Source: an uncultured bacterium
GTDB lineage: Bacteria > Acidobacteriota > Aminicenantia > Aminicenantales > Aminicenantaceae
DNA length: 64,000 nt
Assembly: GCA_965533275.1 (NCBI GenBank)
Contig: CBESWG010000009.1
Location: forward strand, 6,300 to 70,299
Direction: 5' to 3'
The position numbers and the translations under genes are program-made. Each line of letters starts with the position of its first letter. Within the stretch, counting starts at the first letter, position 1. Below are positions 27,262-37,359 of this stretch, in pieces. The notes beneath the pieces were generated by a model that saw nothing but the letters and a program-made list of their open reading frames with translations, was not told where the DNA came from and did not search any database.

Positions 27262-29877
27262 TTATTTTTTCTTTTTCTTTTTTCTCTTTTTCGGGATGAC
27301 GGACCGGGCCTGTTTGGACCGGGGAGCTGGCGCCTGCTGCGGCCTCTCACCGTAGGTCAGGGGCCGCTCCCTGCGCACAGGCATGCTCTCCTCGACAGCC
27401 GGCTGCAGGAAGTAAAGAAAGCGGATGGTCTCCTCTTCTATCCGGTCCATCATGGCCTGATACATCTCGAAGCTCTCTTTTTTATACTCGACCAGAGGAT
27501 CTCGCTGCCCGTATCCTCTCAGGCCGATGCCTTCTTTGAGATAATCCATGCCCAGGAGGTGGTCCTTCCACTGAGTGTCGATGACCTGAAGCATGATCAC
27601 GCGCTCGAATTCCCGCATGGTGGCAGGGCCCAGGAGCTTCTCTTTTTCCTCGTAGTGCTGGCTCAACTGCGCGAGCACCCTCTCCTTGAGCTCCGCATAG
27701 TTGACCGTCTCCCAATCCAGACCCAATCCCTCGGGGTCCTGGCCGAACTGAGCGGTGTAGGTCTTTTTAAAGCCCTCCACATCCCATTCATCGGGGGAGA
27801 CTTCCTGGTCGGTATAGTTTTCCATGATCCATTCCGCCAGGGTCGCCATCAGCTCCAGGATGTGGCCCCGCTTGTCCTTTCCTTCCAGGATCTCCCGGCG
27901 TTGGGAATAAACGGATGTGCGCTGCTTGTTCATCACATCGTCGTATTCCAGCAGGTGTTTCCGGATGGAGAAGTTCTGGCCCTCGACCTGTTTCTGGGCC
28001 CGTTCGATGGCACGGCTCACCATCGAGTGCTCGATGGGGACTCCTTCTTCCATGCCGACCCGTGACATCAATCCGGAAATGCGCTCGCTGCCGAAGATGC
28101 GCATCAGGTCGTCCTCGAGGCTTAGGTAGAAGCGGGACGATCCGGGATCGCCCTGCCGGCCCGCCCTCCCGCGCAGCTGGTTGTCTATGCGGCGGGCTTC
28201 GTGGCGTTCTGTGCCGATGATATGCAGGCCTCCCATCTCGATGACGCGATTGTGATCCGTCTCTGTGACGGCCTTGGCCTTTGCCAGATCCTTCTCCCAT
28301 TCGTCTTCTGGAGGGTCCAGGGGATCGAATCCCCGCTTGCTCAGCGTTTCCTGGGCCATGGCCTCAGGATTGCCGCCCAGCAGGATGTCCACGCCGCGTC
28401 CGGCCATGTTGGTGGCAATGGTGACGGCTCCGATGCCGCCTGCCTGGGAGATGATCTTCGCTTCCTGCTCGTGATATTTTGCGTTAAGCACGTTGTGCTT
28501 GACCCCCGCCTTGCGCAGGAGCCGGCTGAGGTGCTCGGAGTTCTCGATGGAGACGGTCCCGACCAGGACAGGGCGTCCCCCTTCCTGGCTTTCCTGGATC
28601 TCATTGACTACGGCACTCCATTTTTCTCCGGCCGAGCGGTAGATCTGGTCGTCGTGTTCGAGCCGGATCAGGGGACGGTTGGTGGGGATCTCTACGACCT
28701 CCAGCTTGTAAATGGAGTCGAATTCCGCGGCCTCTGTGAGCGCTGTCCCGGTCATGCCCGAGAGCTTATCGTACATGCGGAAGAAGTTCTGGAACGTGAT
28801 GGATGCCAGGGTTTGGTACTCGGACTCGATCCTCACCTTTTCTTTGGCTTCCAGGGCCTGGTGCAGGCCGTCGCTGTACCGCCGGCCGGGCATCAGCCGC
28901 CCGGTGAATTCGTCGACGATGAGGACCTTGCCTTCCTTCACCATGTAGTCCACATCCCGCCTGAACATCTGGTGCGCCTTCAAGGCTTGGTTCACGGCAT
29001 GGATGAGATCCATATTCTTGAGATCATACAGGTTTGAGATCTGCAGGATCTTCTCCGATTCCGCCACCCCTTCTTCGTTCAGTGCAACGGTACGGCTTTT
29101 CTCGTCGACGATGAAGTGAGTTTCTTTCTTTAGCTTGCGGACCAGCGTGTCCACCTTGTAGTAGATGGCCGTGGATTCCTCGGTGGGGCCGGAGATGATG
29201 AGAGGGGTTCTGGCTTCGTCGACCAGGATGCTGTCAACCTCGTCGACGATGGCGTAGTTGTGTTTGGGCTGGACCAGGTCGGGCAGCCGGAACTTCATGT
29301 TGTCCCGCAGGTAGTCGAATCCGAACTCGTTGTTGGTGCCGTAGGTGACGTCGGCGCCGTAGGCGGCCTGGCGTTCCTGGTCGTTCATCTCATGCTGGAT
29401 GGTGCCCACAGTCATGCCCAGGTGCTGGAAGACGGGATCCATCCACTCCGTGTCGCGTTTGGCCAGGTAGTCGTTGACCGTGACGATGTGGACGCCGTCA
29501 CCCTGAAGGGCATTCAGGTAGGCGGGGAGCGTGGCGACCAGGGTCTTTCCCTCACCGGTCTTCATCTCGGCGATCTTGCCCTGGTGCAGCACGATGCCGC
29601 CGATGAGCTGGACGTCGAAGTGCCGCATCTGCACGTGGCGCCAGCCCGCCTCCCTCACCACCGCGAATGTCTCGGCGAGGATGTCTTCGAGGCTGGCCCC
29701 CTGAGCAAGCTTCTGTTTGAACTCGGCGGTCTTGCCCCGCAGCTGTTCGTCGCTCAGTTTTTGTATACCGGGCTCCAGGTCGTTGATGGCGACCACCTGG
29801 GGTTGGAGCCGCTTCATGTCGCGCTCGGTCTGGGTCCCGAAAACCTTGCTGGCCAGCTTGTTAAGCATTTGATTCAT
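27262..29877 (-). CDS. secA: preprotein translocase ATPase SecA
   Basis: 871 aa from [14 protein letters not shown] (GGGAG lies 12 nt upstream). DEAD-like motor domains, with an extended C-terminal tail (no canonical zinc-finger) ending in a basic KKRKKKKKK stretch. Confidence 0.95.
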   Translation of the reverse strand: MNQMLNKLASKVFGTQTERDMKRLQPQVVAINDLEPGIQKLSDEQLRGKTAEFKQKLAQGASLEDILAETFAVVREAGWRHVQMRHFDVQLIGGIVLHQGKIAEMKTGEGKTLVATLPAYLNALQGDGVHIVTVNDYLAKRDTEWMDPVFQHLGMTVGTIQHEMNDQERQAAYGADVTYGTNNEFGFDYLRDNMKFRLPDLVQPKHNYAIVDEVDSILVDEARTPLIISGPTEESTAIYYKVDTLVRKLKKETHFIVDEKSRTVALNEEGVAESEKILQISNLYDLKNMDLIHAVNQALKAHQMFRRDVDYMVKEGKVLIVDEFTGRLMPGRRYSDGLHQALEAKEKVRIESEYQTLASITFQNFFRMYDKLSGMTGTALTEAAEFDSIYKLEVVEIPTNRPLIRLEHDDQIYRSAGEKWSAVVNEIQESQEGGRPVLVGTVSIENSEHLSRLLRKAGVKHNVLNAKYHEQEAKIISQAGGIGAVTIATNMAGRGVDILLGGNPEAMAQETLSKRGFDPLDPPEDEWEKDLAKAKAVTETDHNRVIEMGGLHIIGTERHEARRIDNQLRGRAGRQGDPGSSRFYLSLEDDLMRIFGSERISGLMSRVGMEEGVPIEHSMVSRAIERAQKQVEGQNFSIRKHLLEYDDVMNKQRTSVYSQRREILEGKDKRGHILELMATLAEWIMENYTDQEVSPDEWDVEGFKKTYTAQFGQDPEGLGLDWETVNYAELKERVLAQLSQHYEEKEKLLGPATMREFERVIMLQVIDTQWKDHLLGMDYLKEGIGLRGYGQRDPLVEYKKESFEMYQAMMDRIEEETIRFLYFLQPAVEESMPVRRERPLTYGERPQQAPAPRSKQARSVIPKKRKKKKKK

Positions 29878-30035
29878 TTTTGCAGAACTGCTCCCCCTTG
29901 TCAACGAGAGGAACCGTGTCCTCGATCCTGTTCCAGGGTGGATTGGAACACAGGGGGGAGGTCGGCTGCTTGCATTTTGAGGGGGTTTTCTTTATTATCG
30001 TGGGTTGTTTTTTGAGAAAAAGGACTCATTATATT

Positions 30036-30278
30036 ATGATAGACCTGTTGAGCGCTCCCCAGGATGCCACCCTCCGGATCAAGGAGATCGAGGGCGGGCA
30101 TGGTGTGCGCCGCCGCCTGATGGCTCTCGGGCTGCACAAGAACGACCTTGTGGAGCTGGATTCCAAGAGCATCCTGGGCGGCCCCATTGTGATCCGCAAC
30201 CTGTCCACGGACACTTCCGTGGCATTGGGGAGGGGGATCGCACGGAACATTTTGGTTGAAGTCGTTGACAAAGAATAA
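30036..30278 (+). CDS. feoA: ferrous iron transport protein A
   Basis: 80 aa SH3-like FeoA (LRIKEIEGGHGVRRRLMALGLHKNDLVEL). Confidence 0.75.
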   Translation: MIDLLSAPQDATLRIKEIEGGHGVRRRLMALGLHKNDLVELDSKSILGGPIVIRNLSTDTSVALGRGIARNILVEVVDKE

Positions 30279-32208
30279 CGAATGCCCGGACGTGGTTTTC
30301 GTCGGGCAGCCAAACAGCGGGAAAAGCACCCTTTTTAATTACCTGGCCGGATTCAAGGCCGAGACCTCCGATCTTCCCGGTACCACTGTCAAACACAGCC
30401 ACAGCAAGGTCAATGTTATGGGGGACATCCTCAACATCATCGACCTTCCCGGCACCTATACGCTGAATCCCTCGGACGATGCAGAGAAGGTTGCCCTGAC
30501 GCATCTGTTTCAGGAAACCCCAGACCTGATCATCAACGTGGTGGACGCCTCCATCCTGGGCCGCAGCCTGGAGATGACCCTTGAACTCCTCGAGCTTGAA
30601 TATCCCATGGTTGTGGCTTTGAACATGATGGACCTTGCCGAGAAAAAGGGCATGGACATCGATGTCGCCAAGCTGGCGGAACGGCTGGGCGTCCCGGTGG
30701 TCTCCACCACCGCGCTGCACGGCCGCGGCATAAAGGAACTCCTGGATGCCGCCCAGAAAGTATTGAGGGGGGAGAGGAAACCACCGGCCCGGATCCCCTG
30801 GGCTCGGGATGTGGAGGAAAGGATCGCTGAGGTTGAGGCGGCCCTTCCCGAAGACTTCCATGTTGTAGCCAATACGAGGTTCACGGCGGTCAAGACCCTC
30901 GAGATCGAGAAGCAGTTCTTCCACAGCATGTTGGAGGAGATCAACCCGGGATTCAAACAGATCATCGACAGGTCCCGGGGGGAGCTGGAGGCCGCGCACA
31001 GCGCACCCGCCTATGAGATCATCGCCGCAGAACGGCACCACCTGGCGCTCAAACTGTTCGAAGAGACCTGTACGGTCACCCGGGGCGCACGCCTCAGTTG
31101 GACCGAACGCGTGGATTCCGTCATCATGCATCCCATCTTCGGCTATGTCGTCCTGCTCCTGGTCTTCCTGGGATTTTTCTTCGTGATCTTCAAAGTCGCC
31201 ACTCCCATCGAAGAGTTCTTACTCGGGCCTATGGACAGCCTGCGTGCCTCGCTGCCATCCATGCTGGGAGACGGTCTGCTGTTTTATCTGGTGGATGGGC
31301 TCCTGCAGGGAGTCGGAGGTGGGCTCGCCATCGTGCTCCCGTATTTCCTCCCGCTGCTGTTCCTGATGGGCCTACTGGAGGACATCCGGTATCTTGCCAG
31401 GGCCGGCTTCCTGATGGACACCTTCATGCACAAGATCGGCCTGCACGGGAAGTCCGTGTCTGCCTTCATCCTGGGATTCGGCTGCAATGTCCCGGCTGTC
31501 GTGGCTACCCGGACCCTGGAGTCCAGACGCGACCGCGTGATCACATCCCTGCTCATCCCCTTCATCCCCTGTTCAGCCCGGACCATGATCATCCTGGCAC
31601 TGGTGGCTTTCTATATGGGACCGGTTTGGGCGCTGGGATTTTACATATTCAACATGTTCGTGGTGGGAGTCTTGGGAAGGCTCATGTCCTGGGTCTACAA
31701 GTACCCCTCCCCGGGTCTGATCCTGGAGATTCCTGCTCTCAAAGCCCCCTCGATTCCCAACATCCTTCGCCGCACCTTCTTCCAGTTCCGTTCCTTTGTC
31801 CAGTTCGCCTGGCCGATCCTGATCATCGGGAGCATGGTCCTGGCCGTGCTCCAGTTCCTCGAATTCGATCACATCGTTAATCTGGTGCTCTCTCCCATCG
31901 TCGAAGGAGTCCTCGGACTGCCCAGGGACCTGGGAGTCACCCTGATATTCGGCTTCCTGCGCAAGGAACTGTCCCTGATCATGATGCTCCAGGCGCTGGG
32001 TGTTTCTTATCAGGATCTGATGTCCATCATCTCCCGAGAACAGCTGATGGTATTCGTGGTCTTCATGAACTTTTTCGTCCCCTGCCTCTCCACCGTGGCC
32101 ATCCTCTGGAAGGAGATCGGCCGGAGGGAAGCCCTGATCTCGGTCGCCCTCAACACTACTGTCGCTCTCCTGCTCGCATCCCTCGTCCGTCTCTTCCTCA
32201 GGTTCTGA
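30256..32208 (+). CDS. feoB: ferrous iron transporter B
   Basis: N-terminal G domain (VVFVGQPNSGKSTLFN) plus a polytopic membrane domain. The start is uncertain: TTG at 30256, or GTG at 30292 just after the feoA stop. Confidence 0.9.
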   Translation: MKSLTKNNECPDVVFVGQPNSGKSTLFNYLAGFKAETSDLPGTTVKHSHSKVNVMGDILNIIDLPGTYTLNPSDDAEKVALTHLFQETPDLIINVVDASILGRSLEMTLELLELEYPMVVALNMMDLAEKKGMDIDVAKLAERLGVPVVSTTALHGRGIKELLDAAQKVLRGERKPPARIPWARDVEERIAEVEAALPEDFHVVANTRFTAVKTLEIEKQFFHSMLEEINPGFKQIIDRSRGELEAAHSAPAYEIIAAERHHLALKLFEETCTVTRGARLSWTERVDSVIMHPIFGYVVLLLVFLGFFFVIFKVATPIEEFLLGPMDSLRASLPSMLGDGLLFYLVDGLLQGVGGGLAIVLPYFLPLLFLMGLLEDIRYLARAGFLMDTFMHKIGLHGKSVSAFILGFGCNVPAVVATRTLESRRDRVITSLLIPFIPCSARTMIILALVAFYMGPVWALGFYIFNMFVVGVLGRLMSWVYKYPSPGLILEIPALKAPSIPNILRRTFFQFRSFVQFAWPILIIGSMVLAVLQFLEFDHIVNLVLSPIVEGVLGLPRDLGVTLIFGFLRKELSLIMMLQALGVSYQDLMSIISREQLMVFVVFMNFFVPCLSTVAILWKEIGRREALISVALNTTVALLLASLVRLFLRF

Positions 32209-32209
32209 G

Positions 32210-32950
32210 ATGCTGAAAGCCGTATTCTTCGACCTTGACGATACACTCCTTATCAACAACATGGCTTCGTTCATTCCCGCATATTTTCAGCTCCTGACCT
32301 CAGCTTTCTCAGACAGGGTCCCGGCCGAGCGCTTATTCCTAGAGCTGACTCGCGGCATCGAGGCCATGGATGCCAATGACGGCCTCGGATCGAGCAATCA
32401 GGAGGCCTTCGAGTCGGTATTCTACCCGGCCTTGGGGCAGGAACCTGAGGACTTGAATCCCTTTTTCGAGCGCTTCTATGTCGAGGAGTTCCCCAAGCTG
32501 CGCCACATCACACGCCCCATGCCCGGCTCCAGAAGCGTCATGGAACAAGCTTTTGCCGGCGACCTACGTGTTGTCATCGCCACCAATCCGGTCTTTCCCC
32601 GCACGGCAGTGGAGCAGCGCCTGGATTGGGCCGGGATTTCTGTGCTCGATTTTCCCTATGCCCTGGTCACACACATCGAGAACATGCACTCCACCAAGGC
32701 GAAGCCGGCCTATTACCGGGAGATCCTGTCGGTCCTGGAGCTGGAACCCCAGCAGTGTCTGATGGTAGGAGACGACTGGCTTCGGGACATGGTTCCCGCA
32801 GCCCGGGTGGGCATTCCGGTTTTCTGGGTTACCGGTCCCGAGGGCAGCGATCCAGATGGGCCAAGAGCCGGAGGGAGCCAGGTGCCCGGGAGTCTCCTGA
32901 CCGGAAACGGTCCCCTCGAGGAGGTCCTGTCCGTTCTGCCTTCGATCTAG
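32210..32950 (+). CDS. HAD-superfamily hydrolase
   Basis: Contains the FDLDDTL motif I and the downstream motifs of haloacid-dehalogenase-like hydrolases. Confidence 0.7.
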   Translation: MLKAVFFDLDDTLLINNMASFIPAYFQLLTSAFSDRVPAERLFLELTRGIEAMDANDGLGSSNQEAFESVFYPALGQEPEDLNPFFERFYVEEFPKLRHITRPMPGSRSVMEQAFAGDLRVVIATNPVFPRTAVEQRLDWAGISVLDFPYALVTHIENMHSTKAKPAYYREILSVLELEPQQCLMVGDDWLRDMVPAARVGIPVFWVTGPEGSDPDGPRAGGSQVPGSLLTGNGPLEEVLSVLPSI

Positions 32951-34731
32951 TCATCCAGCGCCTTTCTCAACGCATCTGCGGCACTCGAGCCAATGAGTGG
33001 AGCGAGCTCTTCCTGCGGGGCTTCTCGGATGGCGGGTATGCTCTTATACCTGGACAGAAGAAGTGACTTCCTTTTTGGCCCGATGCCGGGTATCCCGTCG
33101 AGCTGGGACGCAAAACTCTTCTTGGTCCTCCGCCTGCGGTGATAGGCGATAGCAAAGCGATGGGCCTCATCCCGGATATTTTGGAGGAGACGAAGGGAGG
33201 GAGAGGTGCGGTCCAGGCTCAAGCCCTGGGGAAACCGCCTGGAGAACATGATCTCCTCTCGTTTGGCTAGAGAAACCAGTGGAGTGGCGCCCAGTCCCAA
33301 CGACTCCAGGACGGTCCTGGCCGCATTAAACTGGCCCTTGCCGCCGTCGACCAGAACGAGGCTCGGGAAATCCTCACTGGACCGGGATATCTTGGAAAAG
33401 CGGCGGAGCAGCACCTCCTGGAGACTCGCCACATCGTTGGGGCCCGCCACGCTCCGGATCCTGTATTTCCGGTAGGACTGTTTGTCCGGGAGACCGTGGC
33501 GGAAGACAACCCGGGATCCTACGGATTCCTCGCCACCGGTGTTGGAGATATCATAGCCCTCGATTATATGGGGAGCGGCCTTGAGCCCCAGGAGGGACGC
33601 GAGCTCCTGGAGCGGGGAGTCGGGAACGGGGCGTTTTTTCAGGAGGAGCGCGGCGTTCCGGTCTGCGAGTTCCACCAATTTGCGGTTTTTGCCGCGCTGT
33701 GGGACCTTGATCTGCACACGCTGGCGGCGAAGCCCATGCAGGATATCCTCGCTCGGTTCACTGTCTGCAAGCGCAAAAGGAAGCATGATCATCCCCGGCA
33801 GGTCTTCTCCGTCACCATAGATGGATATGAGCTGTTCCTTCAAAAACATGGCACCGGTCAGCCCTTCGGGGAGGTCTCCGATCCGGCCCTCCGACCGTAC
33901 GACTTTTCCCCGCCGCATGAGGAAGGCATAGACGGCGGCACGGTTATCGAGGCTGGCGAAGCCGAAGATGTCCTTGTCTTCCTTCCTGGTCGAGATGAAG
34001 CGGGGCTTTTCTTTGATCTGTTCCAGCGTGAAGATCAAGTCGCGCCATTTCCCGGCCTGCTCGAATTCGAGGCGTTCCGAGGCCTTCTTCATGCGCCGCC
34101 TGGTGATCCGGAGCAGGTCGTCGACCTTGCCTTCCAGGAAGAGCAGGGCATTCTCGGACCGCTCCCGGTATTCCGTCTCAGTGATGAATCCAGTGCAGGG
34201 GGCAGTACAAAGCCCCAGATCATGCTGGAGGCAGGGCCTGGTTCGTGTGCTGGGGATGGCCTCCCGGCAGTCGCGGATGCCGAAGTAGCGATTGATGAGG
34301 ATGATGGTCTTGCGTGCATGGAGAGCCGGATTAAAGGGGCCGAAGTATCTGGCCCCGTCCGCTTCGACGCGGCGCGTCATGTAGATCCCCGGATACGCCT
34401 CCTGCACGGTCAGTTTCAAGTAGGGAAAACTCTTGTCGTCCTTGAGGCGCTCATTGAATTTGGGCTGGTACTGCTGGATGAAGTTGTTTTCCAGAAATGC
34501 CGCTTCGCGAGCAGAGTCTGTGATGATGTAGTCGATATCCAGGGCCTCGGCCAGGATATTGCGGACCTTGTGATCCGAAGTGGGCAGAAAGTAGCTGCGG
34601 ATCCTGTCCTGGAGGGAGCGGGCCTTCCCGATGTAGAGCACGCTTTTATCCGGGCCCAGAAAAAAATAGATGCCCGGTTTGTCGGGGAGGCTGCGGGCCT
34701 TGTCTTTGAGGCTCGAATCCCGGCTACCCAT
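32947..34731 (-). CDS. uvrC: excinuclease ABC subunit C
   Basis: 594 aa with an N-terminal GIY-YIG domain (PGIYFFLG..YIGKA), a UvrBC-interaction region, and a C-terminal RNase H-like/HhH region. Confidence 0.92.
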   Translation of the reverse strand: MGSRDSSLKDKARSLPDKPGIYFFLGPDKSVLYIGKARSLQDRIRSYFLPTSDHKVRNILAEALDIDYIITDSAREAAFLENNFIQQYQPKFNERLKDDKSFPYLKLTVQEAYPGIYMTRRVEADGARYFGPFNPALHARKTIILINRYFGIRDCREAIPSTRTRPCLQHDLGLCTAPCTGFITETEYRERSENALLFLEGKVDDLLRITRRRMKKASERLEFEQAGKWRDLIFTLEQIKEKPRFISTRKEDKDIFGFASLDNRAAVYAFLMRRGKVVRSEGRIGDLPEGLTGAMFLKEQLISIYGDGEDLPGMIMLPFALADSEPSEDILHGLRRQRVQIKVPQRGKNRKLVELADRNAALLLKKRPVPDSPLQELASLLGLKAAPHIIEGYDISNTGGEESVGSRVVFRHGLPDKQSYRKYRIRSVAGPNDVASLQEVLLRRFSKISRSSEDFPSLVLVDGGKGQFNAARTVLESLGLGATPLVSLAKREEIMFSRRFPQGLSLDRTSPSLRLLQNIRDEAHRFAIAYHRRRRTKKSFASQLDGIPGIGPKRKSLLLSRYKSIPAIREAPQEELAPLIGSSAADALRKALDD

Positions 34732-34746
34732 ACGCTTGCCCCGTCC

Positions 34747-36759
34747 TCACTCCTTTGCCGTGTCTGCGCCGATGTCAAGTTCGTGGCGCTTCAGCTCTTT
34801 GAGCTCGTCCCGATACTTGGCCGCTTTTTCGAACTCCAGGCGTTCCGCTGCCTCATCCATCAGGCGCTGCAGCTCCTCCATGCGCTCTTTCCTTTTCCGG
34901 GGAGAGAAGTAGATCTCCTCTTTTTCCTCTGCCACGCGGGTGTAGTCGAAGTAATCCCGTTCGTACATGCTGCTCAGCACGTCTCCAATGTTTTTCTGTA
35001 TGGACGTGGGGGTGATGTCGTGTTCCTGGTTGTAGTCCTGCTGGATCCGCCGCCGCCGCTCGGTCTCGTCGATGGCGGTTCGCATGGAATCCGTGATCCT
35101 GTCGGCGTAGAGTATGGCGCGGCCATCCACATGCCGTGCGGCTCGACCGAAGGTCTGGATGAGTGAGGTCGCGGAGCGGAGGAAACCCTCCTTGTCTGCG
35201 TCGAGGATGGCCACCAGCGAGACCTCTGGGAGGTCCAGTCCTTCTCGCAGAAGATTGATGCCGATCAGGGTATCGAAGCCTCCCTGCCGCAGGTCGCGCA
35301 GGATTTTGACCCTGTCCAGAGTGTCGATGTCGGAATGCAGGTAGCGGACCCTGAGGCCCAGGTCATGATAGTGGCGCGTGAGGTTCTCGGCCATGCGTTT
35401 TGTCAAGGTCGTCACCAGGGTGCGCTGCCCCCGGGCCGTGTTCTCAACGATCTCCGTCAGGAGGTCGTCGATCTGACCATGGGTCGGGCGCACCTCCAGT
35501 CTCGGATCTGTCAGCCCTGTCGGACGGATGACCTGTTCCGCGATCTGAGCCCCAGCTTTCTGAGTCTCATACCGGCCGGGTGTGGCTGATACATGGAGCA
35601 CTCTCCCCACACGTTCCTCGAACTCCGCAAAGTTCAGAGGGCGGTTGTCCAGGGCGGAAGGCAGGCGAAAACCATGCTGTACCAGCGTTTGTTTCCGGGA
35701 CCGATCCCCGTGGTACATTCCTCCTATCTGCGGAACCGTGACATGAGATTCGTCGATGATGGTCAGGAAATCGTTCGGGAAGTAATCCAGGAGCGTGAAC
35801 GGAGGCTGGCCCGGGCTGCGCTGGCTGAGGTACAGGGAGTAGTTCTCGATCCCCGGGCACCACCCGAATTCCCTCAGCATCTCAAGATCGAAAAGAGTCC
35901 GTTCCTCGAGACGATTGGCTTCGGTGATCTTGCCCTCTCGCCTGAGCTGGGGCACTCGATCGTCCAGCTCCTGCTCGATGCCCTCAACAGAACGGTCCAG
36001 GATATCACGCGGCGTGGCGAATAAAGATTTGGGGTAGATCAACAGCTCATCGGGTTCAGCCCGTGTCGTGCCCAGGAGGGGATCGATCAGCCGTAGCTCC
36101 GCCACCTGCCCGTGTTCCAGACGCACTCGGATGGCGCTGTCTTCGTAGGAGGGGAAAAGTTCGACGACATCCCCCCTGACACGGAATGTGTTTCGCTGGA
36201 AGCCGGTCTCACCGCGCTCGTACTGCAGCTCGGTGAATCGGGATAGCAGCTCTTTTCGCTTCAAGGGCTGGCCCCGGCTCAGGTTGAAACTCATGCGCCG
36301 ATAGGTTTCGGGAGAGCCCATGCCGTAGATGCAGGAGACCGAGGCCACGATAATAATATCCCGGCGGTGCAAGAGAGCATTGGTCGCCCTCATCCGGAGC
36401 CGGTCGATCTCTTCATTGATCGTAGCTTCCTTGGCGATGTATGTATTCGAGGCGGGGAGGAAGGCCTCCGGCTGGTAGTAGTCGTAATAGCTCACGAAGT
36501 ATTCGACGGCATTTTCAGGAAAAAAACGCTTGAATTCCTGATAGAGCTGGGCGGCCAGCGTTTTGTTATGGGATATGACCAGGACGGGCATGCCGGCCTG
36601 GGCGATGATGTTGGCCATGGTGAAGGTCTTTCCGGACCCAGTGACTCCCTTCAGGACCTGGTGGGGAAGACTTTGGTTCAGGCCGCCTACCAGCTGAGCG
36701 ATGGCATTGGTCTGATCTCCGCGGGGAGTGTACTCGGCAACGAGACGGTAGGTTTGCAT
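34747..36759 (-). CDS. uvrB: excinuclease ABC subunit B
   Basis: 670 aa with helicase motifs (GVTGSGKT, DESH) and a C-terminal UVR domain. Confidence 0.95.
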   Translation of the reverse strand: MQTYRLVAEYTPRGDQTNAIAQLVGGLNQSLPHQVLKGVTGSGKTFTMANIIAQAGMPVLVISHNKTLAAQLYQEFKRFFPENAVEYFVSYYDYYQPEAFLPASNTYIAKEATINEEIDRLRMRATNALLHRRDIIIVASVSCIYGMGSPETYRRMSFNLSRGQPLKRKELLSRFTELQYERGETGFQRNTFRVRGDVVELFPSYEDSAIRVRLEHGQVAELRLIDPLLGTTRAEPDELLIYPKSLFATPRDILDRSVEGIEQELDDRVPQLRREGKITEANRLEERTLFDLEMLREFGWCPGIENYSLYLSQRSPGQPPFTLLDYFPNDFLTIIDESHVTVPQIGGMYHGDRSRKQTLVQHGFRLPSALDNRPLNFAEFEERVGRVLHVSATPGRYETQKAGAQIAEQVIRPTGLTDPRLEVRPTHGQIDDLLTEIVENTARGQRTLVTTLTKRMAENLTRHYHDLGLRVRYLHSDIDTLDRVKILRDLRQGGFDTLIGINLLREGLDLPEVSLVAILDADKEGFLRSATSLIQTFGRAARHVDGRAILYADRITDSMRTAIDETERRRRIQQDYNQEHDITPTSIQKNIGDVLSSMYERDYFDYTRVAEEKEEIYFSPRKRKERMEELQRLMDEAAERLEFEKAAKYRDELKELKRHELDIGADTAKE

Positions 36760-36776
36760 GCCTCAGGCTGTAGCGG

Positions 36777-37166
36777 TCAAGGCCCGGGCTGGATCTTGAG
36801 GCTGCCCTTGAAAACGGCGCCCTCTGCGATGGAGATACAGCCCGCTGTGATGTCGCCGCTCACGCTGCTCTCGGCATGGAGAGTAACCTTCCCCGCTGCC
36901 TGGAGGCGGCCTTCCAGTGTGCCCTGAATATTGATGTTGTCGGCCCTGATGTCGGCCTTGACCCTGCCGGAACGTGCTATCGTTAGGTCGTTTCCTTCGA
37001 GGCTGATCCGCCCTTGGACCCGGCCCTGGATGACCATGTCGCCCTGGCCGGAGATCTCTCCCTCGAGGACCATGCTCTGGGATATGAGCGAAGCTTGTGG
37101 AGTGGGGGAGGAAGACCGAGTGGCCTCCTTGACATCGTTTCTTTTGTCTTCGCTTTTTCCGACCAT
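36777..37166 (-). CDS. bactofilin-family cytoskeletal protein
   Basis: Start at ATG 37166 (AAGGGAG upstream). The G-rich repetitive beta-helix pattern (ISGQGDMVIQGRVQGRISLEGNDLTI..) is typical of DUF583 bactofilins. Confidence 0.7.
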   Translation of the reverse strand: MVGKSEDKRNDVKEATRSSSPTPQASLISQSMVLEGEISGQGDMVIQGRVQGRISLEGNDLTIARSGRVKADIRADNINIQGTLEGRLQAAGKVTLHAESSVSGDITAGCISIAEGAVFKGSLKIQPGP

Positions 37167-37282
37167 GCGACTGCTCCCTTTGCCCAGAGATCTGTGCCGA
37201 TTATAGGAAGGGATCTCGATGATGTCAAATCCCTGCCTCCTCCAAGAGGCCTTCGGGAGCACGCAATGCTCCAAAAGGGTAC

Positions 37283-37340
37283 TTGACAAACGTTTGTTTG
37301 AAAACCATCTTGAAACATTAAGATCAAACGTTTGTTTAAT
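37283..37340 (+). promoter_or_regulatory. putative promoter/operator region: two copies of CAAACGTTTGTTT (palindromic core AAACGTTT) flanking candidate -35/-10 elements upstream of the OMP-TetR-RND operon
   Basis: Copies at 37287..37299 and 37325..37337. TTGACA is at 37283..37288. The operon encodes its own TetR regulator. Confidence 0.4.
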
Positions 37341-37359
37341 GCGGCTTCTGGAGGTTAAA

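Noticed and set aside
30079-31131. 350-aa minus-strand ORF inside feoB
   Set aside because: It is antisense to feoB, whose G-domain and membrane-domain motifs are clear. The translation is Arg/Gly/Pro-rich low complexity.
33496-35166. 556-aa plus-strand ORF spanning the uvrC/uvrB junction
   Set aside because: It is antisense to two unambiguous repair genes and crosses their intergenic gap. Composition is Gly/Ala/Val/Leu-rich with no domain signatures.
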